A stretch of DNA of 64,000 nt, taken from the NCBI GenBank assembly GCA_002633005.1, contig NMRA01000103.1, positions 589,612-653,611 on the forward strand, read 5' to 3'. A program made the translations under genes and the position numbers. Origin of the DNA: Phoronis australis. Lineage: Eukaryota; Animalia; Phoronida. The first letter of the stretch is position 1. Every line of letters begins with the position of its first letter. This document shows positions 1-13,600 of this stretch, one piece after another. The notes below the pieces were generated by a model. The model worked only from the letters and a program-made list of their open reading frames with translations. It was not told where the DNA came from and did no database searches.

Positions 1-1517
1 GCATTTGCAAGGCCTGTTCTGTATCCAACATTTCCCAAGCAGAAGTTGACCAACAGCAAGCTGACTTCAAAAAGACAATTTTTGTCTGTTCAGGCTGTGG
101 AAAATATTTTCGCAGGGAGGGTAACCTGACTGAACATATCCGCTTGTTCACTAGGACATGCCGTTTGTGTCAGGAGTCGTTCTGTTCTATACTGGGTTTG
201 CTGCAACATATGATGTCCCACGTTGATTATAAACAGTATGAGTGTGGCATATGCCGTTGTGAATGCCAAACACGAGAACAATTTTTCGAGCATCTGTCAT
301 TGCATCGCTGGGCCAATCCTTTCAGGTGTGTTGTGTGTAAGGTATCGTATACAAACAGAGCCACGTTTTTCTCTCACATAGTATCACATGCCGGTCAGGA
401 ACCGTTGCTGAAATGTAGGCAATGTGAGACACCTTTTGGTAGTGCCGCGCATCTCTGTGACCATCTGTTGGCTGAACAGACTGAAGGTCCATGTATTTGT
501 GGAATTTGTGGTAAATTCCACAATTCCGTGGAGACATTAGAGCAGGAACGTGTACAACGAGTTGGAGGGAAATTCATTTGTGACACATGCGGAAAAGTAT
601 ATTGGTCCAAAACAGGTCTGAAGCAACATATGGCGACACATGGTGGAGAAAAGCGATATCAATGTTCAAGATGTGGCCAAAGCACTAAAAGCTTTAAACT
701 GTACAAAATTCATTTGAAAAAGCATGGACGTGAATTTAAGTGCTCTGTGTGTAAGAAACGGTTTCTATCGAAACCCTACCTTATGAACCACATGAGAACA
801 CATACTGGGGAGAAACCATACAAATGTAGTGTTTGCACCAAGTCTTTCACTGGCAAGGATTACCTCGACAAACATGTTAGGACCCACACTGGTGAGAGGC
901 CGTATAAATGTAAGGTGTGTTGCAAAACGTTCATTCAACGATATGCACGCGATATGCATGCGAAATTTTTGCACGCTAGTGAGAATGGAATCTTGGGTGC
1001 TGTTGCAACACATGACCACGTGTGCACTGTCTGTGGGCGAACATTCCAGCGCAAGCGGAGTCTCCATTCCCACAAGAGGTTCCACAGAGCGGAGGAACCC
1101 TTTGTCTGTGCTTTGTGCGGGAAATCATTCAATTTTGCTCATCACCTGAAATTGCACATGAAGTCTCATAACCAGGTAGCTGTTCACAAGTGTTCGTCTT
1201 GCGACAAGGTGTTTAAATTGAAGAGTACTCTCATGGTTCATATGAGAGAGCACACTGGAGAACGACCGTACCTCTGTGCCATGTGCGGAAAGGCGTTCTG
1301 TGGTCAAGGTGCCCTGAACCTTCACATGGCTGGAAAGCACCTGAGCAGGAAGCAGGTTAAGTACACGTGTTCAGTCTGTGGCAAGTGTTTCCGAGGTAAA
1401 GACGCTTGTGAGGCTCACGAAAGGGAGCATAGTCAGTTACACGTGTTTAGCGAGGTACAAGTGGTTCAATCTAAATACCATGCTGGACACTCAAAGGGTT
1501 ATCCAGAAAAAGACTAA
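1..1517 (+). CDS. Multi-C2H2 (Krueppel-type) zinc-finger protein, 5'-partial (last large exon)
   Basis: The frame is open from position 3 (ICKACSVS...FVCSGCGKYFRREGNLTEHIRLF) into the 144-1517 ORF, so the TTG start in the track is not the real start. About 14 CxxC...HxxxH fingers with HTGEKPY/HTGERPY linkers; stop TAA at 1515-1517. Confidence 0.95.
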   Translation, partial: ICKACSVSNISQAEVDQQQADFKKTIFVCSGCGKYFRREGNLTEHIRLFTRTCRLCQESFCSILGLLQHMMSHVDYKQYECGICRCECQTREQFFEHLSLHRWANPFRCVVCKVSYTNRATFFSHIVSHAGQEPLLKCRQCETPFGSAAHLCDHLLAEQTEGPCICGICGKFHNSVETLEQERVQRVGGKFICDTCGKVYWSKTGLKQHMATHGGEKRYQCSRCGQSTKSFKLYKIHLKKHGREFKCSVCKKRFLSKPYLMNHMRTHTGEKPYKCSVCTKSFTGKDYLDKHVRTHTGERPYKCKVCCKTFIQRYARDMHAKFLHASENGILGAVATHDHVCTVCGRTFQRKRSLHSHKRFHRAEEPFVCALCGKSFNFAHHLKLHMKSHNQVAVHKCSSCDKVFKLKSTLMVHMREHTGERPYLCAMCGKAFCGQGALNLHMAGKHLSRKQVKYTCSVCGKCFRGKDACEAHEREHSQLHVFSEVQVVQSKYHAGHSKGYPEKD

Positions 1518-1704
1518 CTGTATCTCAGAGCTCGCAGTCTCTAAATAGACTAGGATGCCTTCGCTACCAAGGAAGAAATTTCTTTAGTAACTTTTTAGCA
1601 TTAATACAGCATCCATAATACTATATATTTTGCAAAACATTAAAATAATGTCCCGGCATTTCTTCTTTTGATTTTTTTCTGTAGTAGTATCTAGGTTTTT
1701 TATA

Positions 1705-1904
1705 CAGGCATCCATACAAAGTCTACACCAGTCATCCATACAAAATGTACACCAGGCATCCATACAAAGTGTACACCAGGCATTCATAAAAAGCGTACAC
1801 CAGACATCCATACAAAGTCTACTCCAGGCATCCATACAAAGTGTACACCAGACATCCATTACAAAATGTACACCAGACATCCATACAAAGTGTCCACCAG
1901 GCAT
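1705..1904. repeat. Minisatellite, about 8 copies of 24 bp (CAGGCATCCATACAAAGTGTACAC)
   Basis: Head-to-tail units with few substitutions and no spacers; lies in the probable 3' UTR of the zinc-finger gene. Confidence 0.95.
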
Positions 1905-2451
1905 ATTTAGGTAAATGTACTTAGTGCTAAGTGTTCAAACTTGTGGGGCTGCTGTGTTTTGTATTTTGTTGCATGGCACACACAAAGGAAATACAGTAAA
2001 CATCATCCAGTTTGGTACAGTCTTTGGATCGTAAGACTCTTGAAATTCAAGTTGGATTGAATTTTATCAATTTGGAAGTGTTTCCACTATGTCAGGGGAA
2101 AGTACGGTATTTCAGTTCATTTCCAAAAGCTTCAAGTCTTAATATGTTTAATTTATTACGGCACACAGAGTTGTGTTCACAAGTTATCTGCTTGTCAAAA
2201 ACTCACTCCGTTTTCAATTATTACAAGTTAATGGTTCTATTCTTGTTCAAAACCACCAAATATTGTCAACTTTTTCTGAAAATTACCGTGTCTCAATGTA
2301 TGGTTTTTGCAAAACATCAATCTTTAATAATTGCTTTTATATCTATACTTACATCTTGTTACCTTTAAAGGCCTCTGTAGTTAGCTCAACGGGTTTTGTT
2401 GGTATGATACAAAGTAGAACCATCTTCCTGTGATTGCTTTTTCGTGAAATC

Positions 2452-2457
2452 AATAAA
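2452..2457 (+). terminator. Candidate polyadenylation signal of the zinc-finger gene
   Basis: AATAAA at 2452-2457 with ATTAAA about 20 nt downstream. Confidence 0.35.
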
Positions 2458-3266
2458 TTTACCATCTAATCCCATTAAAGTGGGCTAAAATTTTTAAAAG
2501 CAGGCTTCACATGGAATTGAGAGATTACTTGGGATTGTATTGAAATGGTCACGTTTTGGAAGTGATAGTCAGGCTCGTGTTTTTCTTTAGTGGCTTAGTT
2601 TAGATTTTGCTTTTTCTGATACCTTAATGAGATAAAGTGCAGCTTCCTGGATGCTTGAAGTTAATGTTGAATCTACACTGTTGAGTGTATATGGGCATCA
2701 CTAATAATAATTTGAACCTGAAAATGCATGTTTTCATTGCCTCACATTTCCAATTTAAGAATCCCATTAAACCTATTCAAAAACTACTGCATTGTACACT
2801 CAAAAGGCATTATCAAGTTCTTAGTAAAGTACCGTATTTGTATTGCACATACAAGCGTTCATTAGGAGTGCTTGTGTATTTCAGCTCAGCTGTGAAGGGA
2901 TACACTGCGCCCATAAAAAATTGGGGTCGCAAATTAGTCTTACAACCGAGCAGAACAAAAATTAGTCACTGTTTCTGAAGAGCATTTAGTAAGTCCTCCA
3001 TGGTCGTGCTTTGTTGCAGCTCTGACCTCTGGTCTCTCCTTGAATAGAGGAAAAATCAAAACCAAGTGGGACCAGAGTTTTAGAACTCTAGCTGTACAAC
3101 TCCATGCTTTTACTTCATGAAAACAGAAATTTCAACACACATGCAGGTCTCGTAAAATTTCAGCAATATAAGGGGTCAACAAAAAAATTCTAATTCAGTG
3201 TCGTCTGTGCAATGCTGATTTTGTGCGTAACAACTGAAACAGAACAATCCTAATTTGTCAGATTCG

Positions 3267-3272
3267 TTTATT
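3267..3272 (-). terminator. Candidate polyadenylation signal of troponin I (3' UTR about 1.3 kb)
   Basis: AATAAA on the minus strand followed by a GT/T-rich tract. Confidence 0.4.
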
Positions 3273-4564
3273 GTCAGATCTAGAAGCAAATCGAATATCA
3301 CGTGTTAGGAATACATGTTCCACTTAAAACGTGTCAAAGGTGTGGCATTTCTCATAACAAATTCACTAAATATTACAAATGTAGATACGGGTAATGCAGC
3401 ACTAAGAATAACATTGTTTACTTCTCCCTAACACAACTAAGTTTTCAGACACCCACAGGAGGCATCCTCTGAGCCAGCAAAATACCAAATCTCGTTCGCC
3501 TTCATTTTGTTGTGAGACAGGTACTACATGGACATACATATCCGATGGTGAATCTATTTCAGCTAATACCAACTTCTAAATATAGGAAGAACTCCACAAT
3601 CTCAACAAACCATTTTCTTCAGACCTAACTACAAAGGATTTAGGATTCTGTGATCATTGATTTCTTGGACAGTTAAAGGACAACAGCGTGAAATCATCAA
3701 CTTTGCTGAAGAACAAGAAGTATGCACATCCGCAGTACAAAGTTATCTCCCATATAGGACATCTAAAATGTTTACAAGGCGTTTAAATATTAATAATTAA
3801 TACACCTGCACTTGAGTTGGAAACGACCAAATTAAGAAACCTACACACCCATTAAGTAAACAAGAAAAAACGAAATAAGCATTTTCAACAAACACTGCTT
3901 TGGGGATTTCCATCCTTTAAAGAACTGGTGTAACGTAAAAATCAAGCAATTCTTAACGGAAATGTGTAGCGCAAAAGATTTGTACTGATGCATCACTAGG
4001 GGCATGCAATTGGTTCACAGGAGTGGTGAGAAAAAAAAATAACTAAATATGCATTGCCAGCTGATGTTTTCAACGAAAACTGCATTTACTGCAAAGCCTA
4101 AACCTTATCACTTGACTCTATAAGCCATGACACATGCAAATTAGAAAGAGCACCAAAGGTCTTCGATTGATAATAAATAGCCTGGTGTTTCGAATCGTAC
4201 ATCCGAGTCATAAAGACATTAACGAAAGATGATAGAATGGGCAGCCTAAGAAGCTTAGGAACAAAATTCAAACTATAAAACAAGACCAAGAACACAGAAT
4301 AGCCATTTCATGAAATTATGAGATGGACATACTCTCAATTGTAGGTTGTTTTTTGAAGACAGTTTACACACCGTATGTAGCTATAACGTGCATGCTTCAG
4401 ACACAAAAGGCTCACGTGATTCGGGTGTTTAATCCATAGCGTACCAGCATGTGGTAAGTTTGGATTTCGGAGGATTGTTTCAGGTTTTCATGACAAGCAA
4501 AGGTATGGTTAGTATTTCTACGCCATCTAATGCCAGACATCGGTGAGGTGGTGAGTAGGGCGCC

Positions 4565-4627
4565 CTATTGTTCAGGCTCATTCTCTTTGGCTTTCAAGTT
4601 ATTGCGCCAGTCAGGAGTTTTAGGCTG
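4565..4627 (-). CDS. TnI: TnI terminal coding exon: (Q)PKTPDWRNNLKAKENEPEQ*
   Basis: TTCTTCCAGCAG acceptor, conserved PDWR motif, TAG stop at 4565-4567. Confidence 0.9.
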   Translation of the reverse strand, partial: QPKTPDWRNNLKAKENEPEQ

Positions 4628-7600
4628 CTGGAAGAACATACACAAATAAAAGCGGTCAGTTCAGTTGCAAGAAAATGATGACAAAAGCAACAACAGTACG
4701 AACCCACCTTGTGTGCAGAACACAATCAAATGAAGTTACGGTAATTTTCCACTTATTTCCGCAAAATAAGTTAATTTTACTGAGAGTCAGCAACCTCTTT
4801 CACCACAAGTTTGCTCAGACACTATTAACATGGTTAAAAAATGTGTGCATTACTAGGAGTAGCAATAGGGCTTTGCCTCCAAAACTCATGCAGAAATAAG
4901 ACGAGGCAAGAAATTCCCACCATGTAGCCTGTGCAAAATAAGAGGACAACATACTTTTCCAGATAACTTTAGGTGTGCGAAATGAGGTGAGTGTACAAAA
5001 TCAGTGGAGAATTACTGTAGTTTGCAATTGGTCCAGTCACCTGTGCAACAAAATTGGACCAATTGAACAACTTCAAGTTCGCACCAACGTTACTGAGAAT
5101 TCAGGCGTGAGGCCAGTGACTTCGATGAGAGTAGAAATTTGGGATCTGTGAACCTCCAAAATATCGAGCTCTTATCCAAGCCCTGATTCTCATCGGTTCC
5201 CAGATGTCTTGAGCAACATCAGATGTACTGAATTATCCCACTTTCTGTTTGCACACTGCATCTATTCTACCCAAACCCAGGGTATGAGTCAGCAATTCAT
5301 ATTCACTCAAGAACTTAACATCACCTTTATCAAAGGATATAAATTATAATAACACAGGACTTAAAACTCTCATTAGTTGGATTCAACCAAACCAAAAGAT
5401 TTCATCCGAGCAAGATAAAATCTGACTTATCTGAAGGGCCGAGTGCATAAACTAGAACAACTGCTATGGAATTTTGTCACAGTTCAACAAAAATCCAACT
5501 TGCAAATGTCCGACTAATGTGAGTTTTACTGTAGCATTTCCGTAATTTTACAGTAGACAAATTGACCAGAAACTGAATCATTTCATAATTTTAAGTCTCT
5601 ATTTAGATTTTAGACTGCTCGTCTTATTCAGGAACTAGCATAAAGCTAACGACTAATGCCCGACGGCTTTCTAGTTGGTTCCTAGTAAAGTTGGCATAAA
5701 ATAAATAAACAGCTACAAAGCTAACTAAATTGTTATAAGGTTAAAAAGTTTGATAGTACAAATCAGCTTTGTTATTTTTTTCTCCTTTGATAATGCCGAA
5801 TTTAAATCTTGCTTAACTGAGCTAAAAAAAATACTAGGGACAAACACTAGATCGAGAACGAAAAATGCTCAAAATTGTAACACAAAAATTTGATAGGCAT
5901 ATCTTTAGACAACGTGTGAAAACTTGGGGATGTGTCATTTTTTAGCACAAACTGTAGTACTAAGTGACACACTGTGCTGTCATCCCAAACATGCAAACGT
6001 CGCAATCATCCAGCTTTCTTCGGCTAAGCTTCAGACTATTACTCGTGCTAAATGCTATTGTAGTATCTTCACAGACCCCAATCAATGATGCTTAAAGAGA
6101 AGACAAGAGTGTGAAGTGAATACAATGTAACAGACAACTCAGTCTAGCAATGCAAGTGAGTGAGGATCCACTGCTACTGGTGACTGACACGGTGAACCAA
6201 TTGATTTTACAAGAACTAACAAAATAACGGCAAAGTGTTCTGCTGGGTGACTCTCAAAGATTTAACTCAAGTCATGGCTCTGTGACTTGTATAAAATAGA
6301 TTACCGCTTCTTTTCTAAGTTGTATTTAGTAGCCAGTTGTCTTGTAAAGAAATACAATAAATTGTCTTTTAATGTCAAGTGTAAACCAAATGCCCAACAT
6401 TACCGAGCCATTTACATGGACCTTATCTATGGTGGATGTAGAATACTGCAACGAGGGCCCAGGCAGAACCTTCAAAGGAAAAGTTTATGTAACGCCTAAA
6501 AACAGCATGCCCATGACATTTTCACGAACTACAAATCATAGAACACTAAAGATGCTCAAAAGAAAATAAAACCAAACACCACCTCATAAGTATACCAGGA
6601 TATTGTCTCTTTTGTACAAAATGCCAATGACAATGGCGTAGCTGGAAGTATTTAACAGGGTGGCCAAACACGAAATTGTTGGAGAAAGGTGGGGCTAAAA
6701 AGACCAGTAGCTACCTGGGGCCACTCTGCAATAAATGGAGTGCGCCAAATGCACTGAAATGAGTTTCAATCAGGGTCGGAGCCTTTTGCAGTGAACAGGG
6801 GCTCTGATGTAGTCCCCCCAATGGTTACATCAGTCATTAATAAGCTACCATTTTACACACTTTTCAATGAGGTGCTTTTGGCAGAGATCAATTCAGAAAC
6901 ACGACAGACAGCTTCCAAACTTGCTGGGCTGTGCTTTGTTCTACAAGACCAGGCTTCAGACAGCTCTTCTCATCAACTAGGAGGATTAGTTTTGTGCCAA
7001 GCTCAATTACAAATCTCACCGTCGCTCTTAAAATAATGTCAGAATTGGACACACTCTACACCAATTAATTTTAGTCTTAGTTTCCAATGTTACGTTTGTC
7101 TGACATTATTGCTATTTTTGTTTCCCCGAGTAAATAAAAAAAATATTAGAAGCTAAATGGTGCAAATGAATTTGGATGGCTACAACTTCGCGAGTAAACA
7201 CGAGGAATGTCCGACTAAAATATTCATAATTAGTCGTAGATATGGACCCGGATGAACCACAATCTACATTCAGTTAGGGTTCATCAAAATGGACAATTAT
7301 TTGGTGCTACAATTTATAGCTTTCAACGAGCCTCAACAGCCATGATGATCTGCACTTCGCTTCAACTCAATTGACCTTTTTTCCAGATAGCAAAAACCGA
7401 TGTGTGAACATCCCAGAGCACAGAACTGCGAATATTAGCCCTCTAATACAGAAAGTGTCACTCGAGCAGACGTCTGCGCCGTAATTAAGCCGGCACTGGA
7501 TTTTAGAAAGATAGCGCCCGAGTCTTTACTCGTAACTGTGATAAACTGAGCTTGTTACTGTTTGAAATACTACTAAAATGACGTGCTCTTTACAGGTCGT

Positions 7601-10600
7601 GTATCTACGTCTGTTAGCTGTGCTGTTTGGGATGACTGCTATCCCACAATCCTTTGCGCATGACATCTCTCACTATGCATAAAAAGTCAATTGTGTCAGT
7701 GGCCGGTATTAATTTTACAAACAAGTGTGACTCTTTAAATCAGTGTTTAAGAACTTTCATGTGACAAAAACCAGGAAACTTTTGCCAACTGATGGCTTAA
7801 TTCAAGTTGCCGGTACGCTCTCTCTCTCAATGAAATAATAAACCATATTTAGTGGAGAACAGTTGAATTGCATTTCAACAAATATTCACAGGAGTTCTCT
7901 TAGATTTTCATCGAAAGCGAAGTTTGATGTAACCAAATCAACTTGACGTACACATTGTGGAACGTGATGTCACGAGCGAGCGAACATTATACAACAAGAA
8001 CGTCAAACATGGTTGGACTACACCTTATCCCATTCTTGCATAAACAATTTTTTTGGCAGATTCATTGACAAAACTATTTTCCGGATAAATTTGAATAAAC
8101 CCAGCAGACGCGTAACTGAATAATCCCAGCAGACGCATAACTGAATAAACCACATCAGCAGACGCGTAATTGATTTAAGAGCTTCACATAGCTTCACATA
8201 ATATAGAATTCAATCCTGAACAGTATTTAATATCTTGTTCTCCAACATTTTACCTGAAGCTTTGGACAGAAATAAAGTATAAACCTTGACAATTCTTACA
8301 ATGAAAAGACCACACACATGCTGTTGTTTAAGAAAATAAGTTCTCCAACTCAAAGAGACACTAGGTGGCACACCACTCAAGAGACACTCGGTGGCACACC
8401 ACTCAGACAACAAGGTTGGACCACACACCAAGGTATTACGTGCCTGTTACCTCGGTGTTGGTTTGGGCTAACTTCCAACATTAAGCATGGAAATTCCCCA
8501 GTGCCAACACCAAAGATTCAAAATCAAAAGAAATTAACTATCAAAGCTTTTACCACAACTTTGCCTTTATTAAACTTGGTAGTCATATCATAAAGGGAAT
8601 GAGAAAATATTTCTCATTCTCGTTTATAAAACAAACTGTGACTACAAAGTGAACTTTAAAATGTAAAAGTGCCATCTATATGTTATGAAACAAAAGTGTA
8701 TTTCCCATTCTTTACGTAATGCAGCTACGATTTGAATGAGAATCGTCAAGTTTTAAACGCCATCACTGATAAAAACAAGTTTTATGTAAAAGCACTGATC
8801 ATTAAATTTTGTAATACTATCATCTAATGATAGTAACTATTGCCTCTACTACTATAATACAATCATCGGGTCATTCTGGGGGCAAAAATTGCAACTTTCT
8901 CTAATATTGTGAACAGGACACATAGAAGAGAAAGCTTTCCACCACAGTAGTGCACAAACGTGAGCAGAATGTGCCTCCAAATGAATACTGACATTCAAAA
9001 ACTGAAAGTTTATAAAAATTACTTAGACTTTTAACTGACAAATGAAGTCTGTTTAATTTCGTCACTTCTGCACTGCTTATTTAAGATGTCACCGTGAAAT
9101 TTCTTTAGTTCATGGTAATCTCTCTCTGATTCCACATGATTGCCAAAATACTAATTTTCCATTTTTCAAAGACCAATAAAGCAAGAAAAATTCAATTCTA
9201 TTTCACTATTTATGCTCTATAGCTATTCCTGTAATAGTTGAAAACATGTTGAGACGTAACATAGCAACTGACCTTTTCACAGGTAAAGATTTGTGGGACC
9301 TGCATGTCCACCCCCCATGTTGGTTGGAAATGTAGTTGTATAGATCTCTGGTTTCATTGGCTGGTTTTACTGGTTGATCTAGGATGTTGTAAGGAGGACT
9401 CCACCAGACTTGAATCGGAGAGCCGGTGTCTAGGCAACAAAATTGGAATGCCGACAATGCTTTTTTGGTTGTTCAAGAGGTAAATCACTTGTTGAAAAGT
9501 ATTGTTAGTCTGGTGAGTCAGACGTTTCCGCCCTCTCTCTAAGGCCCTTGTTCTCTGACTGGATTTCCTGCGTCAGGTTGACCTGGTTTTAGAATTAGAT
9601 CATACACCATTGGGAGTCGTAACCCTTGATCCCTGTTCAAATTGGGGCAATGACTGGTTCTATTGTAGGCCACCTCCTTGACCTTCCCTGAGTACCAGTT
9701 AGTGTTCTTCTCTGGCAAGGATTCTAGTGTTGCAATTGTCGATGGTGTGTCCCTATGCCTGTGGGTCTATCAAGTTCGGAATGTTCCTTGATCTTTGTGC
9801 CTCGAATGCATTTTAGTTTCCCCTATGTATGACTGATGGATGTGTTCCAGTCCTTGCATGACAACTGGTACACAACACAAAACTTCTTGTCAGTTACGGG
9901 ACAGGATCCTTTGGGCGAACCAATTTTTCCCAGATCGTGTTGTTCAGTTTGAAGAATGTTTTTAATTAACTCCATGCGATCTGAAAGTGCGTGACAGTTC
10001 TTCAGAAAGATTCTTGATGTACGGAATAGACATGGATGGTTATGTCCATAAAGGTAGGGCCTGGGCCCCCTAAGCCCTTGAGTTTTGTTCTATTTGGAAT
10101 GCCAATTACTTCCCACAATCCCTTTCAGACATTACACACTAATCTCTACCAATAAAAAGGTCGGTGAAGTAGCCAATCAAAATTGGAATATTGGTCATTT
10201 TGGCAATCAAAGAAACTTCACTGTATTCCAACAAAATGACCTCCATGTTCAGATTGCGAGTAGAAGCATACTACAACTACAGTGTCAGCAACAACAAGCC
10301 TACTGCTAGCATCGCACCTCCTCTTTTTCTTCTATAGCGTATTGCGATTTTCCAGTCGACTTCAACTGAGCTTGAATGCCCTTTTTATCGCTTATCTTTT
10401 GCAACTTAGCCAGTCTGAAAGTACAATGGTGAAAGGGCAACCATGCCTGAAGACTGCATGACAAAGAAACGACAAGTCATAATTTCAAACACTCATTCTC
10501 ATACGACACATATGAATATGCAGAAAAACCACCCTCAGCCAATCAGATTCTCAGAATTAGTAAGCAGGTTGAACAGAAGCAAATACAATCAAAGGTCTGT

Positions 10601-13600
10601 TTCACTTGAAAAGTGACAAAGACCACAATTCTAAGTTTTAAATGATTTAGTCAGAATTGTGGTCTAGTTATGTTCCACATAACACAACTTTTTCTGAAAG
10701 TCTAATAAATTAAATACCACTCAAGGAAAAACGCTAAGTTTCTGAGAAACTACTCATATCTGCTATGGTTTCCAAGATAATTGCTATCAATAATTAACTA
10801 TGATACGTTTGCAATAATTTGGCCGCTAAAACTTTATTCAGCAATTGGGAATTTAGTGGGAGTCCGAAACCCAAGTTCTATCTTAAGTTTTAAGTCACTT
10901 CTGTGAAAAAGACCAAAGGTGTGCAATGTACAGAAGTTAAGACTTTCTCATCTGCGCCACTCAGGATTCACCCCATGTTCAAGCTAGCAATGAATTGTTA
11001 ATTGAACAACCAGGGCCCCGGAGTCTAATCTCTGTACTCAAAACTCGACTCAAAAATTAATCAATTACAAGACATACTTTTGAGTAAACTTGCATAAGTT
11101 GCACTCGAGTCGTGGGGTGTGACTGATTAAGTTTAACGAGCCTGAGTCTAAGAGATTAAATCCTGAACTTAGGTTTCCGAGTTCGCTCACCGTTTTACTT
11201 ATGTCTAAATAGTCTGGAAGGAGTACAATTGTACATCAGATTTGACAACAAGAGCAATGTCGAGCGGTACTATGCGCCCAACATATCCATCGTAAACAGC
11301 AAAGATAGAAAGGGTGCTAATTTTTTCAAATATTTCTACCAGAGGCAGAGTCAGAGCGACATTACCACCAGGCAGCACTACAGTGATTGGGTCCATCCGA
11401 TAATCATCATTAGTCATGCCTTCTTTTACACAGTCATAATTTATTGAATTTCGTGGTGACCCTTCAGTTCAAAACTGGGTTTGGCAGATAGACATAATCT
11501 TCACTAGAGTGCGCAGCACAAGTTGGAACTTCAGAAAATGACCATAATATGAAAACATCTTCCAAATTTCACAGATTCATTGATGAAGTGGTAGATATTA
11601 GAGCAGGCACAACCCAACTGTAAAATGATCACTAGAGCTGGCACAGCAGTAGACTGTTCTATCCGAAAATCATCATCGGACACGGAATCACGAATAAGTA
11701 CACATTTGTTGTTTCTCAAGGTGATCATTCAAATGGTTTGCTAGATAGCAGAGGAAATGTGAAAAAACTGGCACCACAAAAAGTGTCACAAAGTCAGGAG
11801 GGGGTGAAAGGGTGTTCATTTCATGGTTCACATAAATCCCCGTTTCATAGGTCACAACAGGTTTTTGTTCCAACGACCATTGCTCCCGATGTCTCCCTCA
11901 TCTAGCCCTCTCACCTCGTTGCTGCAATTGTAATTCCAGATGCACAAATTCTAATTTCAAAGTTCACCCGACACTTTAAAAATACAGAAGCATGTTCACA
12001 GAGGGCCTCAAACCATGGTTCAAGGATAACTAGAAAAATTCCAAAACACAGCCATTTCTAAATCCAGAAATCAATCTAGTCCATTGTTAAGTGTCCCGCA
12101 TCACGACTCGCAAACAAATTCATCCACCATGATGAATACATTAAGGTGAACAAGTCTAACTCGATCAACTAAAAAAACACTGGTCAACAAACGTAACTTG
12201 TAATTGCATTTTTAAACTAATTTTTATCGTACTTCTTCAGGGAAAATTCATTCTAAACTTACTCCCATATTGAATTTCAAAAGACAAAAAAATAAAAATA
12301 AAAAAATTTCACTTCACGATATTGAAACGTAATTGTTCTACTCCACACAAAAGGAATTTAGATCAGTGTTCATGAGTGATGACATCACCAATTCTTGTAC
12401 AAATCTAATGACAAAGTACAAGGTGGCGTAAAACAAGCCAAGTTTCTAACGAGCTGCCCTTGCACGAATGACAAAATGCCATTTCGTGAGTCGTCTCCTT
12501 GACAGAACTAAATTTGCTAAATTCCACGAGGACACTTAGGGGAAGAGTAGTAGTCGGATTTGTCTAAAAGTCGTCATCCATCGTCACTTTCATAGATATT
12601 AACGCACCGACCAAATTTCCTGAAGCTTCGGCATGACGTTTAGGAAAAACAGCTGCGGACAGTGGCTGAATGTCCGGACGACTAACAGATGACAGCGAAC
12701 ATTGCACCCACACAAATATATGTGGGCACGATTAAACTAAAATCAAGTATCTACACAGATCATCTGTATTCTGCTGAAAGATAAGACTTTGACACATCAG
12801 AAATGCAAAAATTAAAATTCCATTTAATTAAGGTACAGTATGCCAATATGTATCCACACCTTTAAATGCTTTGATTATTACAATATAAATCTCAATATAA
12901 ATCACAGAGATACCCTAAAGCAGCTCTAATTCAACAAATGCTTTTCAAAGAATTCAACCCCTTTAATGCACCCTTAATAAACAACAGAAAGCTGAAATGC
13001 ATCAACACATTTAGACAATTTAAAGCATTTCTGTAACAAAACTTACTTTCCCTCTGTTTTGGAGACTTTCTTAAGTACTGGTTTCACGCTGAAAGAAACA
13101 ACCATTTGAACATAAAAGTCTTCCTCATACCACGTGTGCCCCAATTCTGCATCTTCACTCCCTCTCGTAAATTCGCTCAAATATTATCACACTGACAGTG
13201 TTTGTTTCCCACAAACAATACTTCAGTTCTAATGAATACATTTCATCCTCATGAACACAAGAACATTAATCACTATCACAGGAAGCATTGTTTCCATGTG
13301 TTTAACATGATGCAGCACGTGCTTGGTGTGATGTATCTAATCTGTCACACCGAGTACTACTGCAGTTCATGTGGAAAGAAATATGTTCGTAAGAAGAGGT
13401 TTGCGAAAGATTGCTAGCAAACTGAACTTATATTGAGCGAAACAATGAGTCAAAAGGGTTCGAGTTAGCAGGCAAACTTCCACGCCAGATATTTGCCAGC
13501 CATTCTTGGAGCACTGTCAGATCACTGGGAAGGAGTGAAACACCATCCTAGTGCCACATACGTAAGTCTTCAGGAACACAACAGGAAACCAAAACAATGC

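Noticed and set aside
90-1340. Antisense and alternative-frame ORFs over the zinc-finger gene
   Set aside because: Shadow ORFs of the real CDS with no recognisable motifs.
1705-1904. CRISPR-like array
   Set aside because: Units are contiguous with no unique spacers, there are no cas genes, and the context is eukaryotic.
6631-6835. MITE starting CAATGGCGTAGC
   Set aside because: The right TIR is too degenerate and no TSD is visible, so boundaries are unsupported.
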